Assembly: GCF_006345805.1 (NCBI RefSeq)
Contig: NW_021836954.1
Coordinates: 1 to 22,083 of the forward strand
Source: Octopus sinensis
Lineage: Eukaryota
Direction of reading: 5' to 3'
Length of the DNA stretch: 22,083 bases
The position numbers and the translations under genes are program-made. Of this stretch, positions 18,791 through 22,083 are shown piece by piece; the first letter of the stretch is position 1, and each line of letters starts with the position of its first letter. Below the pieces are notes generated by a model. That model had not been told where the DNA came from. It was given only the letters and a program-made list of their open reading frames with translations, and did no database searches.

Positions 18791-19296
18791 GAAGAACATC
18801 ACCTGAATTTATTTCTACACGTTTTGATGGGGTTTGTATGAATTAGTGTTGTGTTTTGGTAAACAAACCACTTCCACGCTAGAACCAACTTATAATTCTT
18901 CAAGTATTTGAAACAGGAGATGCTATTCCTCGCCACTTATCTTCTCTCCATTAAGAACCTCTCACTTTCCTGCTTCCAATTAAATCTTACACTTGAAATA
19001 CAAGACAGAAAAAAGTGCTAAGTTATGCACAGAAAAGCGGGTTCGATCTCGTGCAAGAAGTGCTTAATTTTTCACTATGTTTATTTAAAAAAGTATTTTA
19101 ATGATCTAAAGGGATGTGGGTGGAGGAAAACATCCACATCTCTTCCCAGGGATCCCTAGTCTGGTGGCAGGAAGGGAGTAAGTTATTCTTAGACAGGTCC
19201 TTGGCTCTAATACTTGAAATAATGGTTGCTACATTAAAAGTACCCACGAATCTAGTATTCTTTTACATTTTCATCAAATTCGAACGTTTCTGAAAC

Positions 19297-19298
<2 letters not shown>

Positions 19299-19351
<53 letters not shown>
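19299..19351. repeat. (GT)n microsatellite
   Basis: Direct reading. Confidence 0.95.
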
Positions 19352-19353
<2 letters not shown>

Positions 19354-19604
19354 TCTCTCTATAACCAACTTTTAGCTGTTAAATTAGGAAAGAGATTAAT
19401 GTCTGCCAACTAAGTACAGTTCTTAAATTGCGTGACGGGTTAAGTATATCTCTCAATAAATAAGACTACTGTGGTTTAAACCAATTTTTTCCCCGTTGAA
19501 ATATAAATATTAGAACTTTTTATTTCTCTTCCCTTATTGGAATTGGAATGAATTTGGTCGATAAGAACTTCTGATATTCATGGAAATGGGGGATAACCCC
19601 CCCC

Positions 19605-19850
19605 CCCAACTCGAGCAATAAATTATTTCTAACATCGACACAAGAGTAGAAATTTGGTAGGGAGGGGTAAGGCGATCAGATTTATCCTAGTACTTTAATG
19701 ATAGTTTATGTTATTGATTTCAGAAGAATGACAGACAAATCGGTCACACCAGGAGGATTTGAACTCTTAGAACGTGTAAAGAGTTGGAACGAATGCCGCA
19801 AATAATTTTGTTGAATGCTTTGACCAATTTCGTTTGTCATCCTAACAGCA
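19605..19850 (-). mobile_element. Degenerate family 1 SINE (subtype B)
   Basis: tttctaac...cacaag..tagaaatttggtagggagggg...cctagtact...ggatttgaactc...agaacgt matches the reverse complement of the family layout. Confidence 0.5.
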
Positions 19851-20619
19851 ACAACAAAATATTGATACAGCAGTACGTTCCTGCCTACGTCTTATATAGT
19901 GCTAAGGGAAGTAACTCAAATAAACTAAGAAATAAACTTATAGTGCTTATGGTAGTGATGGTGGTTGAGGCATCGGCAGAGACTTTGGTGTTGATAGTAA
20001 CAAACAGAGATAGCTCATATGACTAAACTCAAATTCATGGCTAGATGATTAAAAAGTTGGCTTATTAATCCTATAGTTGTTTCGGCCCTGCTGCATGTCA
20101 CCTCAGGTGTCTTCTAATATAACCTGTTATTGATTCATGCCTTGTGTGAAATTTGGTCGTCTCATTTCTTTTCTTCCCACACTTAAAATGGAACACAACC
20201 CCTCAATGGTGTTGTGAACTAATTGAGGAAGGGTGTCATCAAAACTTGGATGTTCCGAGAGAGCCTCCCGACTACATGTCATTTGTAGTCACCTCAGTGT
20301 TCACCATCTGCCCACACTGTACCATAAACGTGACGACAAATCAAACGTCAGTCTCAGCACTAATGTCCTTCACTGTGATCCCTGTGTTGTGTTGTGCCAT
20401 ATATTCTGATCGAAACCCATTCGCAAGAATATGCCACGGCCTATTTTTTTGCCTCGTCGTTAGTTTAGAAAATCAAGAATACGCTCCCATAAGCCCTACT
20501 TGTACCAACGGAAGAGATTTCGCTCCATGTATTGGCTAAAGATGTTTTCATTCATTGCTCCGAAGGTACAAGGAGATCCCCTCTGTTTTTAGAGAAGAAA
20601 AAATATATGACCCATCTTG

Positions 20620-21950
20620 GTAACTTTTAAAAAAGACCTAAAACAGACCCACTTTCACAAAATTCTTGGGAGATTCACTCACATCACTTTTATATGTTTA
20701 TATTTTACTCCATTAAATATGATACTAAATTTTACAGGATGTTACTGTAAGTTTGATAAGAACAAGTTCTACTATTTACTTAATGTGGATGACATCAAAC
20801 CAAAATTTTCTATTGGAAAAGTTTTTACAAACTGTAGAAGTTTATAGACTCGGTATCAATATGGAGTTTAAAGAGACACGTGCGCCACGCCTCTTCAATA
20901 GAGACAAGATGACTAAGACAGTAAACAATGACAAAGAAATCAACCATGTTATAAACAATTCATGGACAGTAAAAGCGTATAAATATCGGGGGACCAATGA
21001 AAGCAAACAAATAAAATATATAAAAATTAAAGAGTTAAGCTGAAAGGAATATATCTAAAAAACAAACAAAAACAAGAAATAAAAATCATCCAAACCCAAA
21101 ACAAAAACTATGACGATCTGAAATAGTGATCATAACTTTAAACGATGGTGGCAACGAATAGCTTAACAGTCTCGGTAGGAAGATACAGCTTGACTATGAT
21201 AAACCGGAAGCAGCAAGAGATATATAAAATTTAAAAGGAAAGAGTCACACACACAAAAGACAAAGAAAAATATTAAAAGATTCAAACTCTGCCATAAAAA
21301 TGAAAAAAATGCTGTAGAAGATAATGGAGAATGTGTTCTTGTAGAACAAGAAATGGTCTGTATTGCTTTTACAGTTGCGCTATACAATTCTAAAAATTAA
21401 AAATAAGACACAAGCAATTGCAAAAATATGACAAATCGCAAAAAAGATGCATACCATAAAACAGGAAAGCAAAAATATTTAGATACATGCAGATAGAAAA
21501 AAAATCGAAATAACGTCGAGATTAAAACTTCTTCACGGCAAATTTCTAAAACGATTACCACAAACAAGAGCTCAAATTACTGGTGGAGCGGGTATCTAAG
21601 AAAACAACAGGAACTCCATTCATAGGATTGGTAGCGTGCTGAAGATATGATCATTGTTTTGCCAATGCTCTTCCTAACTAGACATCGTTAGAAATATAGA
21701 CTGAAGCGAAATATCATGTACAAATATCACACGTGTTAATTTTCATGAAACCTATTATACACATATTCAGGCACAGACAAATATAAATATGTACTTCAAA
21801 CTCTCTCAAATCATGTTCCTCAAGATAGCAACCGTTTCACTTTAGAGAAGAGATGCTGCTCCGAATACCACTGGACCGGAAATTAACTGGTTTGTGGATT
21901 ACGTTTATAACATAGCTATCTTCTGCAATAGATGGTGTGTTTTAAGTGTT
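20620..21950 (+). mobile_element. Probable very old APE-type LINE ORF2 fossil (I/Jockey-like)
   Basis: Strong A-richness on + and broken motifs in the expected order: LGD(FN)SHH-like (20663-20687), ANAL (about 21660), PF..NTTGPEI (21833-21885), IAIFCNRW (21912-21935). Needs several frame corrections. Confidence 0.35.
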
Positions 21951-21974
21951 TTAATGTGCTGCATGCTTGTACCT

Positions 21975-21999
21975 GTATATATATAATAATATATATATA

Positions 22000-22039
<40 letters not shown>

Positions 22040-22049
22040 CCCACATATA

Positions 22050-22081
<32 letters not shown>

Positions 22082-22083
22082 GT
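21975..22083. repeat. (TA)n-rich microsatellite
   Basis: Direct reading. Confidence 0.9.

Noticed and set aside
19037-19055. Isolated B box / T-arm (gcgggttcgatctcgt)
   Set aside because: No A box at suitable spacing and no cloverleaf or SINE body.
20153-20539. 128-aa ORF or antisense RT remnant
   Set aside because: Non-ATG start and no motif in either strand on manual translation; a profile search would be needed.

Overview
AT-rich eukaryotic non-genic or intronic DNA, dense in microsatellites and transposon remnants. The SINE families resemble those I recall from Octopus (coleoid cephalopod); this is an inference with no database search. I found no convincing host exon, rRNA, true tRNA gene or CRISPR array. 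The centrepiece (about 8.2-14.9 kb) is a chain of elements strung on (TAA)n/(TTA)n arrays. It holds one apparently full-length R4/Dong-clade non-LTR retrotransposon (minus strand, RT + CCHC + restriction-like endonuclease). By manual trace its ORF is broken only by about 11 single-base indels, with no nonsense codons. The chain also holds three 5'-truncated copies (three R4 lineages in total), two copies plus an inverted fragment of a short non-coding TAA-flanked element, and opposite-strand SINEs. Elsewhere: an internally deleted DD37D (maT-like) Tc1/mariner transposon, a probable non-autonomous Helitron, a decayed Penelope-type minimal hammerhead motif, a pre-miRNA-like hairpin, several tRNA-derived SINEs and a probable very old APE-type LINE fossil. 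Most ORFs in the supplied track are microsatellite artefacts. Boundaries were read by eye and are approximate.
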